A stretch of DNA of 64,000 nt from a candidate division WWE3 bacterium RIFOXYC1_FULL_40_10 (GCA_001773215.1 MEWB01000001.1:678099-742098), one strand, 5' to 3'. Numbered from the stretch's first letter, positions 29,075 to 38,723 are shown. Notes: a model not told the origin generated them from the letters alone. Numbers and translations: made by a program.

Positions 29075-32000
29075 TTAATAACCATAAGTAATAGAGACAA
29101 CTGAATTTCCTAAACCGGTATTTATATGGTCGGCTCTCTCCATCTTCGTGAGTTGATAAAGCATCTTTTGGCCATAAGAAACTATCTCGGCGGGATGTAA
29201 TTTATTAATTTCAATACCTAGATCTCTGGTTAATCCCGGACTATTTCTCATGATTACAGGTCCTAACACCTTGATCGGAGTTGCATATGTCCCGATAGGT
29301 CTCCCAACGTCAAAGTTAACCATATCCAAGGTAAGAATAGCGGCCTGAATCTGCGGAACAGAACCCGTGGCTCCTGTGTCCGAAGGTGAAACAGGATTAG
29401 TGACGGTTGCTCCCGTAGTACACCACAACGAGGGGCAAGTAAAGGTACCACACTTATTACAGTTAACACCACATTGGGAATCAATATTGTGGGGCGTACA
29501 AGAAGTAGTACTTGTGACATTCAAACCGCAATTCCCTGCAAGGTCGCACTTATATCCGGTATCGTAACTTATATCTACCTTTGAATTAGTCACAATCAAT
29601 AACCTGTCGTTGTCAGTTCCCGTATCTACAAAACTCTTCCATTCAGACCCTGCTACAGCACCCTTTGTAAACGTAAGCGCCGGATCGCCACCCTGACGGG
29701 TTACATACACTATTGCCATTGCTCCCGCAGCGACTCCACCATCCGTTGTGCCATCGCTGGCTACCACATTAAATCCATGCAAACTATTTATAAGCCCATT
29801 AATAGTAGCGGTTGTAGTTTTGTATATTTTACCCATCGTTAAAACCATACCATTCGGCAAATCCTCGGCAGAAGGAGGAACAGTAAGCCCGCTTGCATTC
29901 AAATTTATATATTGGCCAAACCAATCGTCTCTGTAACTTTCACCCAAATTCTGTGCGTATCGATCAGCCGGATTAGGGTCAGTTATCTCCGCCAAATCTC
30001 CACTAATACCTCCCAAGGTAAAAGCGTAACCACCGGTATATGGCGAGTTGACATTTACTCGCTCCAGAAGTTTACCCGAAAACGTTGTACTGTTTTTTAC
30101 CGTACAACTGTTTACACTGATAGCTTGGGCGGAAACATCACTATCTACCACCGAATACCAAGGTTCTGCCTGTGAATCAACCAGGATAGACAAAAATACG
30201 GCCTTATCCGTCTCAGTATCAGTGACATTGGGAACTTCACCCACTACATATGAAAAACCATAGCTCCCCGGGGCTGAACAAGGCACCCATTGAGCCGGGT
30301 CCGGAGAAGGAGAAAAACCTCCCGTTGAAACCGTAGTTTCATCACAGGTTTTTTTGATACTAACTAGTCCGCAGGAACCGTTATTTAGAGAGCAACTCGA
30401 ATCAGCGCAAGTAACCGAGACAACCAAACCGTCGTTAGGAACTCCTAAAGGGGTATAAGTAAAACGGGCCATTCCATTGGAATCAGTTGATACAGGTCCT
30501 AAGGCTGTGCCACCAACTGTTAGGGTTACTTTAGCACCCTGCACTGTAGTAAAATCAGGTCGATTGGGCAATTCCGGTATACCCGGATTATCATTTTCAA
30601 TATACGCACCATTATTCCAGTAACTGCTTGGCCCCCCAGTACCACTACAAAGTGGATTATTGTAATCGACAGTACACTCGCATGAGATTCTAGCAGGTCC
30701 TGTAAATTGTGAGCAATAATAGTTTTTTATATCGGCCTTATTATCAAATGGGGCTTCGGTCCCCACATAGATGGATAACGTGTGCGCTTTTCCCACCAAT
30801 ATAGAAGTAGATGTTTCTGCTGTATAAGCATTCGGACATTCAGGATAAGCGTGCGAAAATCCTTCGGCTTTAAAATAGATAATTCCGTTGTCTGCGGGAG
30901 TTGTTGTGTACGCAAATTTGTTGCAATCTGTTGCGTCGGGATGGCAGTTCAGTTTGGTTCCAATATACGTCCACACAGTACTCTGGGTATTGGTTTTAGC
31001 TTTGTAATAATCTACTTTCAGAAGCTTATTTGTCGGAGAACTGGTAAAGAAGGCTGAAATATTAGCAACGGAGCCCTCAGGAATGAACCCTGCTGGGTTA
31101 ACACTTAAAGTATCACTAGATGATCCCGGAACATCAACTACTATAAAAGGAAATTCCGTTCCCCCCGTAGTGGTATCAGTTAAAGTAACAACAGCCCCCG
31201 TGCAAACTGAAGCCCCCGAGATAGATACAACATAACGACCGGGTGCTAATACCCCGAGTTGAGAAGGATCAGGTATGAAAACAGTACTACCTCCGGTTTG
31301 AGGTATTGCGTTATAAGTTAGATTGGTAATTACTCCATCAAGATTTGTATATCTGACGTTGAATTTAATATCCGTAAGGGCCTGGTATCCGGGTATTGTT
31401 GCCTGCATTGGGCTTGGAATTCTTGGGGCTAGGCAGGATGCCGGACCGACATACTGCATTGTTGTTGCTGCTGCCTCAAATCTAAATACCCATGCACCCG
31501 ATGAAGAACCTTCGGTGTTGGATGCATTCACGCTCCAAACGAAATCCCCCGAAGAACAGCGGTATTGCAGGGGAACAGTATAAGTAGAAGTATAAACGTT
31601 AGATCCAAGACTTAGCGGGTATGTTGAAGAATCAGTCGTGGGCTGCCCGGGAGCTCTGGTGTACAAAACGTGAGAAGTTCCGGTAGTATCCTCACAATTA
31701 TTTACAACATTCCATTTTAAATTAACAGATGTAGTTCCAAAAGGAAAAGTTGTACTGTTAGCAGGCTCTTGAAGAGTTACAACAGGCGCGACACAGTTTT
31801 GGTTACATAAGTTGGTGTAATAATTACAGGCGGTTGCGCTTGTATTACAGCATTCGCCCGATGTCGAACATGTTCCGCCGTCTCCAACACAGATTATAAA
31901 ATTCCACTGGGCCGAAGCGACAGGATACTCGGTGCCAATTGCCCTCTTTCCTAAAGCAACTACTTGCCAAGTGTGAGTTCCCTCCGCCATTATGGAAGTA

Positions 32001-32974
32001 TTTAGAACAAATGAATTCGCTGTTCTAGGCAGATCTGTGGAAACTTGTACCCCATCAACAAAAACTCTTTGAAGACTTTGATTGCAATCTGCCCAGTTTG
32101 ACGGTGGTGTCCATGTTAGAGTAACGCTTGGTGTACCCTGAGAAACTTTTGTTCCATTTGCCGGTGATACAAGAACAGGTGCCGGAGACGGGGCCTCACA
32201 AACTGCCTGAGGAGAGCAGCTGCCATAACAACTATCGGTATTACAACTACACACAAATCCGGGACAGCAAGGATTTACACTGTTACAAAACGGTAAAGGC
32301 TGGCAACCACATACATCAGCGGGACTACATACATGGGTCGTCGCGGGACAACACCCTGACACACAGGTTGCCCCTGTGGTACAAGCACAACCGTCACCGC
32401 TACATGGGGGATTGCCGCAAGTACCATCCGATTTACAGTAGTTACTACAACACTCGGAAGCGGCACTACAACTTGAACCATTGGCTTTACACGTCGGCGG
32501 ATCAACACAAACTCCACCAGTGCAAACCAATGGTGAGCAACAGTTCCCGATACCAACCCCACAGGCCTGTCCCTCTAGCTTACATTGCCCACCCCCACCT
32601 CCATCAGGAACACACTTAAAGTCTCCCCCACATTTTCCTGAACAGCACTCATTACCTTTCAAACAGTCAAATCCATTGGGCGTACAATCACCACCACCCC
32701 CACCGCAGGTAGGAAGCGGAGGTTCACAATCACAACAAGCAGTATAACAATAGTAATTACCCATCCCTGGAAAATTCGCTGAACAATAAGAAGGATCGTA
32801 GTCACACTTGCAGGTATCTGCCACCTCACCACAGTACTGAGCATCACAATACAAATCATCTTTCGGAACATCGTAACATCTGTTTCCTAGGGAGCAGGAA
32901 CCTGGATGAGCCACAGGAGCTAGAATAAAAAGAAGAGCGAACGCTATAATATACTTTCTGATCTGGCTGGGCAT
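29075..32974 (-). CDS. Large secreted Cys-rich protein with tandem cystine-knot-like repeats and Ig/Fn3-like domains; putative adhesin
   Basis: Signal peptide, repeated C-x6-C-x5/6-CC-x3/4-C-x4/5-C units, PVLVSPANG...LTW...HTWQV Fn3-like repeats, C-terminal RDL..N..PAE.V.Y. Confidence 0.75.
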   Translation of the reverse strand: MPSQIRKYIIAFALLFILAPVAHPGSCSLGNRCYDVPKDDLYCDAQYCGEVADTCKCDYDPSYCSANFPGMGNYYCYTACCDCEPPLPTCGGGGGDCTPNGFDCLKGNECCSGKCGGDFKCVPDGGGGGQCKLEGQACGVGIGNCCSPLVCTGGVCVDPPTCKANGSSCSAASECCSNYCKSDGTCGNPPCSGDGCACTTGATCVSGCCPATTHVCSPADVCGCQPLPFCNSVNPCCPGFVCSCNTDSCYGSCSPQAVCEAPSPAPVLVSPANGTKVSQGTPSVTLTWTPPSNWADCNQSLQRVFVDGVQVSTDLPRTANSFVLNTSIMAEGTHTWQVVALGKRAIGTEYPVASAQWNFIICVGDGGTCSTSGECCNTSATACNYYTNLCNQNCVAPVVTLQEPANSTTFPFGTTSVNLKWNVVNNCEDTTGTSHVLYTRAPGQPTTDSSTYPLSLGSNVYTSTYTVPLQYRCSSGDFVWSVNASNTEGSSSGAWVFRFEAAATTMQYVGPASCLAPRIPSPMQATIPGYQALTDIKFNVRYTNLDGVITNLTYNAIPQTGGSTVFIPDPSQLGVLAPGRYVVSISGASVCTGAVVTLTDTTTGGTEFPFIVVDVPGSSSDTLSVNPAGFIPEGSVANISAFFTSSPTNKLLKVDYYKAKTNTQSTVWTYIGTKLNCHPDATDCNKFAYTTTPADNGIIYFKAEGFSHAYPECPNAYTAETSTSILVGKAHTLSIYVGTEAPFDNKADIKNYYCSQFTGPARISCECTVDYNNPLCSGTGGPSSYWNNGAYIENDNPGIPELPNRPDFTTVQGAKVTLTVGGTALGPVSTDSNGMARFTYTPLGVPNDGLVVSVTCADSSCSLNNGSCGLVSIKKTCDETTVSTGGFSPSPDPAQWVPCSAPGSYGFSYVVGEVPNVTDTETDKAVFLSILVDSQAEPWYSVVDSDVSAQAISVNSCTVKNSTTFSGKLLERVNVNSPYTGGYAFTLGGISGDLAEITDPNPADRYAQNLGESYRDDWFGQYINLNASGLTVPPSAEDLPNGMVLTMGKIYKTTTATINGLINSLHGFNVVASDGTTDGGVAAGAMAIVYVTRQGGDPALTFTKGAVAGSEWKSFVDTGTDNDRLLIVTNSKVDISYDTGYKCDLAGNCGLNVTSTTSCTPHNIDSQCGVNCNKCGTFTCPSLWCTTGATVTNPVSPSDTGATGSVPQIQAAILTLDMVNFDVGRPIGTYATPIKVLGPVIMRNSPGLTRDLGIEINKLHPAEIVSYGQKMLYQLTKMERADHINTGLGNSVVSITYGY

Positions 32975-33531
32975 TATAATTTCATCCAATCACAATTATC
33001 CATATATACAGAAGCCGAGTAAAGAACATAATCTCCGGACTTCTTTTGCTGAAGATCAGCACGTAATGGCCATTGAGGAGAATATTCTTTCATAATCTGG
33101 ACTTTCTTCTCCATCGGTATTTGCAACAACTGCTCGATCTTCTTCATTTTTCCACCTACCGACCAATTACCATATACAACACCTAAGTTGTAGACACTAA
33201 AACCCCCTATTATTGTATCTTTTCTCCTGCAATCGAGAATCAGCTGGTCGGTAAAATCGGCAGTAATAGTCTCTCCATTCCTCTCTATCGTTACTTGATT
33301 AGGATTAGTTTGAGTGCTGATTAAGTTTGCCGGAAGTTGATTTTGCAGGCTATTAATATAATTATCTACCACCACAGCCTTCTCCTCGTACGTCATCTCA
33401 AGAAAGTTCTTTGATTTTTTGACTTTTAGGAAGAGATAGAAAGAAACAAAAGCCCCAATTGCAACTAGCAAAACAACAGAAACCAACACTTTTTTATTTC
33501 TGGAATTGATCTTTATTTTAGGCAGAGGCAT
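32974..33531 (-). CDS. Single-TM exported hypothetical protein
   Basis: Basic N-terminus plus TM, two Cys; TAATG coupling to the next gene. Confidence 0.65.
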   Translation of the reverse strand: MPLPKIKINSRNKKVLVSVVLLVAIGAFVSFYLFLKVKKSKNFLEMTYEEKAVVVDNYINSLQNQLPANLISTQTNPNQVTIERNGETITADFTDQLILDCRRKDTIIGGFSVYNLGVVYGNWSVGGKMKKIEQLLQIPMEKKVQIMKEYSPQWPLRADLQQKKSGDYVLYSASVYMDNCDWMKL

Positions 33532-33571
33532 GTGCCTCAATTGTACCCATAATTCAAAAGGTAACACAAGA

Positions 33572-33594
33572 GGGGCCCGCCTCTGGCGGGCCCC
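33572..33594. repeat. Perfect GC-rich palindrome (hairpin/terminator or REP-like)
   Basis: GGGGCCCGCC-TCT-GGCGGGCCCC. Confidence 0.75.
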
Positions 33595-33620
33595 AATAGT
33601 TATCTAACTACCCAAAAACC

Positions 33621-34394
33621 TTAATTCAGCGAGGGGTTAGCACTCAAAGCGTATCTTGCGTCAGTATATTTCCAAAACGCATCGGCACCACCAAGCTTTC
33701 CTGCACATTCCGCAGCCTCAGCTGACTTTTGAGCTGTGGCATGGAAATTTAAAGGATACTGTCTAAATACCCATGAAACATCACTATTTTCTTGGGTAAA
33801 GCTTGCCGCTGTGGGATGAAACCTTTGACAAAAGGGACATTCATAATCTGAGTACTCAATTAATGTAAACCTGGCTTTTTTATCACCTTTTACATAGTCT
33901 GTATCGGAAATAGCCTTTACCCCGGTTAACTCCTCTGCAGCATTGCCTTGCGCGTCAATTTTAGGAGGATAAACACCATTCTTTATGTCAGCCAACGCAG
34001 TCGTAAAGGTTGCAAGCGGATAGGCACCGGAAATTAAAAATGCCCTACCGGTAGTATTATCGTAAATTATGTTACCGGGTGTTCCGCTAACACCTGCCGC
34101 AGAACCTTCAGCCATCTCTTTTTTTACAGCTTCTGTCATTTCCCCGGAATTTAAGCAGGCTTGGAAAGCCTCTTTATTTAATCCAATACTTACAGCCAAA
34201 TCGGATAAAGATGTGGTAGCTTCGGTTGGTACAGCTGCTTGAGTAGGAACAGCTTCCGCAACCGTTTCAGGTACACTTTCTGCATCCTTACCCTTCCACA
34301 AACTCCCCGCATAAAACGAAACACCTGCCAAAACAGCAACAATAGCCAGTTGCACTATCGGAGCAAAGGGAAACACGTCTCTTTTGTCATTCAT
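33621..34394 (-). CDS. DsbA/BdbD-type thiol-disulfide oxidoreductase, circularly permuted
   Basis: EYSDYECPFC, FRQYPL..H..A..SAEAAEC and GVSGTP...ISGAYP are all present, but in swapped order. Confidence 0.88.
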   Translation of the reverse strand: MNDKRDVFPFAPIVQLAIVAVLAGVSFYAGSLWKGKDAESVPETVAEAVPTQAAVPTEATTSLSDLAVSIGLNKEAFQACLNSGEMTEAVKKEMAEGSAAGVSGTPGNIIYDNTTGRAFLISGAYPLATFTTALADIKNGVYPPKIDAQGNAAEELTGVKAISDTDYVKGDKKARFTLIEYSDYECPFCQRFHPTAASFTQENSDVSWVFRQYPLNFHATAQKSAEAAECAGKLGGADAFWKYTDARYALSANPSLN

Positions 34395-34428
34395 AACATT
34401 CCTCCAAGAAAAATTGAATACTTTAGTA

Positions 34429-35415
34429 CTACTCTTCGATGTTAATAGTTTCTTTTATGGTATAAACAGTTTTATTACCTGTATCAAAATACACCCTCAT
34501 CATGATTTCCCCCAAAAATCCCATCATAATAAGCTGTACACCCAAAGTCATCGCAACTCCCGATAGTGTTAACATCGGTCGCCCGCCAATATCTGCCCCA
34601 AACACAATCTTTTCAAAAATTAAATATAACACAGAGATAGCCCCGACCATGAAAAACGCCAATCCTACCGACCCAAATAGTCTTCCCGGCATCATTTTAT
34701 AAGGCTTTCGAGACATATCCATCAGGAATTTTAGAGAAAACAAGTCAAAAAATACTTTCAAAGTTCGGGACAAGGAACCGTATTTAGAGGCTCCTGCGAC
34801 CCTGTCTCGGTATTCAACATCAATTTCTATTATTTTATCCGTAAATAAACTACAATAGGCGGCACAATATCTGTGCATCTCACCATACAACTTTAAATTA
34901 TCTACAACAAATCTTTTGAAACCTTTCAGTCCGGAACCGTTGTCCTTTAATTTTACCCCGGTGATTTTTGCAATAAGTTCATTTGCAAACATCGAAGGAA
35001 GAGTCCTCAAAAAAGATGACTTTCTACCTTGCCAGCGGCCTACCCTATTTGTATTTACAACATCAAAACCCTCTTCGAGTTTTGCTACAACATGTAGTAT
35101 TTCCTTTGGATCTATTTCGACATCTGAAGAAAAAGTTAAAACGTAATCTCCCTTTGATTTCAGAAACCCACATTGATAGGCTTGGGTCATTCCCATATTT
35201 TTTCCAAACCTAACGATTTTAACTCTGGGATCTTCTTGCGCTACTTTTTGCAATCTTACCCACGACTGGTCTCTTGAACCGTCTTCTATAACTATAATTT
35301 CGTAATTAAAAGGAGCCTCCCTTAGAGCATGGGTAAGTTCGGTGTGTAATAAGCCGATATTCCCCTCCTCATCTTTTACCGGAACTATTATTGAAACTAA
35401 CTTTCGATCTGACAT
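34429..35415 (-). CDS. GT2 polyprenol-phosphate glycosyltransferase (ArnC/GtrB-like)
   Basis: SIIVPVKDEE, EDGSRD, LYGEMHRY, R.AG.SKYG, two C-terminal TMs. Confidence 0.92.
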   Translation of the reverse strand: MSDRKLVSIIVPVKDEEGNIGLLHTELTHALREAPFNYEIIVIEDGSRDQSWVRLQKVAQEDPRVKIVRFGKNMGMTQAYQCGFLKSKGDYVLTFSSDVEIDPKEILHVVAKLEEGFDVVNTNRVGRWQGRKSSFLRTLPSMFANELIAKITGVKLKDNGSGLKGFKRFVVDNLKLYGEMHRYCAAYCSLFTDKIIEIDVEYRDRVAGASKYGSLSRTLKVFFDLFSLKFLMDMSRKPYKMMPGRLFGSVGLAFFMVGAISVLYLIFEKIVFGADIGGRPMLTLSGVAMTLGVQLIMMGFLGEIMMRVYFDTGNKTVYTIKETINIEE

Positions 35416-35430
35416 AGTGCAAATATTATA

Positions 35431-35748
35431 TCAGTTTTTGGGAGGTGTGATGTTTGGATCTCCCCCGTAATCTGGATAGTCCAATTCCTCAGCAGTTTTA
35501 TGTCCAACTGCCCAGTTATATACGTTTGCAAGAGTAAACCCTGCTTTGAGGCCCGTAAATGACCCGGGACCTTGTTTTGGAATGATTTCTTCAACTTCTC
35601 CCGGCCTTATTTGATACTTTTCCAGCATATTTCCAATCTCACTGGAAACATCTATTTCCCCCGAAATTTCATCGACAAGCTTCCCATCTTTTTCCAATCT
35701 TACCGACTTATCCTTTCGGTTTGTAGTGTTAATGTAAATTTTGTACAT
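35431..35748 (-). CDS. tsaB: Short TsaB-like t6A biosynthesis protein
   Basis: INTT, GPGSFTGLK.G...AN, P.Y; adjacent to tsaE. Confidence 0.8.
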   Translation of the reverse strand: MYKIYINTTNRKDKSVRLEKDGKLVDEISGEIDVSSEIGNMLEKYQIRPGEVEEIIPKQGPGSFTGLKAGFTLANVYNWAVGHKTAEELDYPDYGGDPNITPPKN

Positions 35749-36151
35749 TTATTTTTCTTTTAAACTCATCCAAATAAGTAAATTCGATTTTGATTGTTTT
35801 TTTAGGCAGCAACTGGTCGATAAGTTCAGGCCATTCAATCACGGTAATTGCGCTGTTATCTTCTAAATATTGCTCCAGGCCTAAATCTTGTGCTTCAGAA
35901 AGCGACGCCAGGCGATACAGGTCTAAGTGATTAACCAGCGTCTCTTTATTCTGATATTTTCGAGCAATAACAAAGGTAGGGCTTTGAACGCGGGAATCCA
36001 ATCCCAATGCCGACACCAAATATCTGGTGAAAGTTGTTTTACCACTTCCCAGATCTCCGTACAGTGCAATAACATCTCCTCTAACAAGCTTTTTGGCTAA
36101 TTTAACAGCAAATTTTTCAGTTTCTTTGGCAGAATTGGTAATAATTTCCAT
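35729..36151 (-). CDS. tsaE: t6A biosynthesis ATPase
   Basis: GDLGSGKTTF, VQSPTF, HLDLYRL, IEWPE. Confidence 0.96.
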   Translation of the reverse strand: MEIITNSAKETEKFAVKLAKKLVRGDVIALYGDLGSGKTTFTRYLVSALGLDSRVQSPTFVIARKYQNKETLVNHLDLYRLASLSEAQDLGLEQYLEDNSAITVIEWPELIDQLLPKKTIKIEFTYLDEFKRKINVQNLH

Positions 36152-36471
36152 AAAAATACAACTCCCAGCAGCGCTCCTAAAGCATCTATACCTGCATCAT
36201 ATAACGTAGAAGAGCGATATGGCAAAAAAAATTGGTACAGCTCGACGAGTACACCATATACAGTTGCAAATACAAAAGACTTACCAATATGTTTTGTGGG
36301 CTTAAAAAAAGCTACACAAAGGGCGGTAAAAAGTAAAAAGTGCTCGTTTAAATGCGCACCCTCTGTAGCAATGCCTAAAGCTAATTCCTGTTTTTTGGTT
36401 ATACTTGCCCCAAGGAGGATAGCAACCATCAATATCAACGGATAGATCCAATTGGTAAGTTTTCTTTCCAT
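36097..36471 (-). CDS. VanZ-like membrane protein
   Basis: AH..EH, YG.L.E.YQ.F.P.RS....D...D..G. Confidence 0.8.
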   Translation of the reverse strand: MERKLTNWIYPLILMVAILLGASITKKQELALGIATEGAHLNEHFLLFTALCVAFFKPTKHIGKSFVFATVYGVLVELYQFFLPYRSSTLYDAGIDALGALLGVVFLWKLLPILPKKLKNLLLN

Positions 36472-37010
36472 CGGGATATTTTACCATTTGCCCTAAACAT
36501 ATTAATAATGCAAATCCACATTAACATTATTGCTACAGCTAAAAAAACTGATAAGTATGTATAATTATGTGATTTATCAAGCGGTTCAGAAATAATTGTG
36601 TGTGGAACTTCTATCTCCTCTACATAACCCTTGAGGACATTCTCATTTAAATTGATAAGGTAGTTTTCTTCTTGGCGGGCAATTTGCCACAAATTCTGCG
36701 TTGGGGTCTCGTAAATGGTTCCGGTCTTAACATCCTGAAGGCGGAAATACAGTTCGAACTTTTCTCCGGCAGGCAAGGAAAATTTAAGCTTCATTTTTCC
36801 TTCAAAAGCAGGCATACTGCTCCATGCTTGGTTTTGACCTATCCAGGTGTCGTTTGGAGAGTTGTATACATAGGCCTCCCCCTTATTTAGCACAGGCTTA
36901 ACTATGTATATATTATCAGCGGTATTTCCTCCCAAAATGAACTCCACAGTTATTTCCTCACCCGGCTTAACACCATATCTAGACAAGGAATAATCAAAAT
37001 AGTAAATCAC
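36435..37010 (-). CDS. Hypothetical protein with C-terminal TM
   Basis: Long ORF co-oriented in the operon. Confidence 0.6.
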   Translation of the reverse strand: MIYYFDYSLSRYGVKPGEEITVEFILGGNTADNIYIVKPVLNKGEAYVYNSPNDTWIGQNQAWSSMPAFEGKMKLKFSLPAGEKFELYFRLQDVKTGTIYETPTQNLWQIARQEENYLINLNENVLKGYVEEIEVPHTIISEPLDKSHNYTYLSVFLAVAIMLMWICIINMFRANGKISRWKENLPIGSIR

Positions 37011-37068
37011 ATACTAGTTATCACATAATTTTCGCTATGCACAAGCTAGCATATTCTATTATTACTGG

Positions 37069-37106
37069 AAAAATGAAACCCACCGGCGTGTAAAAATACC
37101 GATGGG
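37069..37106 (-). terminator. Rho-independent terminator
   Basis: CCCATCGG...CCGGTGGG followed by TTTCATTTTT on the minus strand. Confidence 0.65.
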
Positions 37107-37119
37107 CAAAATATAGCGA

Positions 37120-37401
37120 TTACCCGCGCTCCGGCGCCAAATCTTCTGGTTGGGCATCAAATAATTCGCGAACCACCTGATAGGCGGCTTTGAACACCAA
37201 GATATAGTCTTTGTCGGCCGCAATGTCCTCCATAGTACAAGGTAACGGATTAACGAGTGCGCTCATTGGAAGAGTGTTCATGGCACCGATGCTGTCAACG
37301 ATCAGCCCCATAGGTAATTGTGTTAGCGGATCAAGGTATACGATACCGAATGTCCCCCGGCCTACTCTAAAAATATCTAGTTCTTCCCATTTGATTTTCA
37401 A
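37120..37401 (-). CDS. Hypothetical protein (ORFan-like)
   Basis: TATACT, short leader and TAAGGAGG SD before TTG; terminator downstream. Confidence 0.6.
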   Translation of the reverse strand: MKIKWEELDIFRVGRGTFGIVYLDPLTQLPMGLIVDSIGAMNTLPMSALVNPLPCTMEDIAADKDYILVFKAAYQVVRELFDAQPEDLAPERG

Positions 37402-37460
37402 CTCAGAACCTCCTTAAGTGTTTATTTAACCGAGAGTATATTACTAAATGAAAGAAATGT

Positions 37461-38717
37461 CTACTGGAGGTGCCAGTAGATTGTCATGTAGTTGTCGTCG
37501 TGGAAAATGAAGACGCCGTTTCCCCCATCATTTAAACAATTTCTACAATAATAAGCAGTCCCATCCTCGACAGCATATACCGGTGACCCATGCCCACTGT
37601 CCATATCAAAGCCCGGATGAACATTACCTCCGTAATAAATATCCGACCAACAGGTTTTGCCATATCCTTGTGTAACTGTGGGACTACTCATCGGCCAATT
37701 CCAATCTCCGCTCCCAACCGTTTTGTTGCCCGAAGACGAACACCCTGTATCCCACCTAAAATTTTTACTCTCCAGCTTTTTCGCCGGATCTACGTAATTA
37801 GAGTAATACCAATTCCACCCGTTAATTTCACTTAGCGAGGAATACCGGTACACCCCAAAATGCAGGTGACTCCCAAACGAATAGCCTGTGTTACCCTCTC
37901 TGCCAATTACATCTCCCTTATCCACTTCCTCCCCATCCTGTCCTATTATTGCCCCGGCAGCGTTTATTATAGAATTCAATTCTCTCTGTGCATCAGATAA
38001 TAGTTTTTGGTACTTCGCCTCATCGTTTTGAGTTTTCTTCAGCAAAGCTTGTTTTTGGCTCTGCTGGTCATCTAGTATAGACTTCTGTGCTAACAAAGTT
38101 GCCCGCTCGTTTTCGAGCTGCTCTCTTACTATAACTTCCTCCTGCTTCTTTTCAGCTAAAGTCTTTTTTTGAGCCTCGTATCTTGCTCTGTTGTCCTCCA
38201 TCCAATCAATTAATCTATTATCCTCAAGCTCTAAAGCTCTTAGGGATTCCTCTTGGCGAACACCGGTACTCATTAACTTTTTGTCAAATAGGGTAAGAAT
38301 AGACTTCATACCCGGCTCTCCGTAATTTCCTTTAATACCATCCATGTAGCTTTTTCTTAATCTCGACGATAATATTTGGCTTTGCCTGGTTATTGACGCA
38401 CTCATTTTTATGATTAACTTTTCAAGATCCTCAATGTCTCCGGTAAGCTCGTTAATTTCTTCTATTTTTTGTGAAATCTTATTATTAGTGATCGAAATCC
38501 TGTATTCAGTCTGGGATATTTTGTCATCCATTACGGCGATTTCGTTTGATAGAGATTTGGATTTACCCTGAGCATCATCTATTTTTTTTTGTAGTTTTTC
38601 AATCTCCGACTGAAGATCGTCTATACTATTCTTACCCTCCTCTCCCAATGCCACTTTTGCTGTGAGGAATACAACGAACAGAAATATTGAAAGTAGCAAT
38701 ATGTTTTTTATACGCAT
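37461..38717 (-). CDS. Coiled-coil plus M23 (LytM) peptidoglycan endopeptidase with permuted catalytic domain; likely FtsEX partner
   Basis: Signal peptide, long coiled coil, then G.TG.S.GSHLHF, WP...TQGYG, HPGFD and YWHL. Confidence 0.88.
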   Translation of the reverse strand: MRIKNILLLSIFLFVVFLTAKVALGEEGKNSIDDLQSEIEKLQKKIDDAQGKSKSLSNEIAVMDDKISQTEYRISITNNKISQKIEEINELTGDIEDLEKLIIKMSASITRQSQILSSRLRKSYMDGIKGNYGEPGMKSILTLFDKKLMSTGVRQEESLRALELEDNRLIDWMEDNRARYEAQKKTLAEKKQEEVIVREQLENERATLLAQKSILDDQQSQKQALLKKTQNDEAKYQKLLSDAQRELNSIINAAGAIIGQDGEEVDKGDVIGREGNTGYSFGSHLHFGVYRYSSLSEINGWNWYYSNYVDPAKKLESKNFRWDTGCSSSGNKTVGSGDWNWPMSSPTVTQGYGKTCWSDIYYGGNVHPGFDMDSGHGSPVYAVEDGTAYYCRNCLNDGGNGVFIFHDDNYMTIYWHLQ

Positions 38718-38723
38718 AAGTTT

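Noticed and set aside
31790-32900. CRISPR array, DNA tandem repeat or DGR target in the Cys-rich gene
   Set aside because: The repetition is at the protein (Cys spacing) level only; no identical nucleotide repeats, template repeat or reverse transcriptase seen
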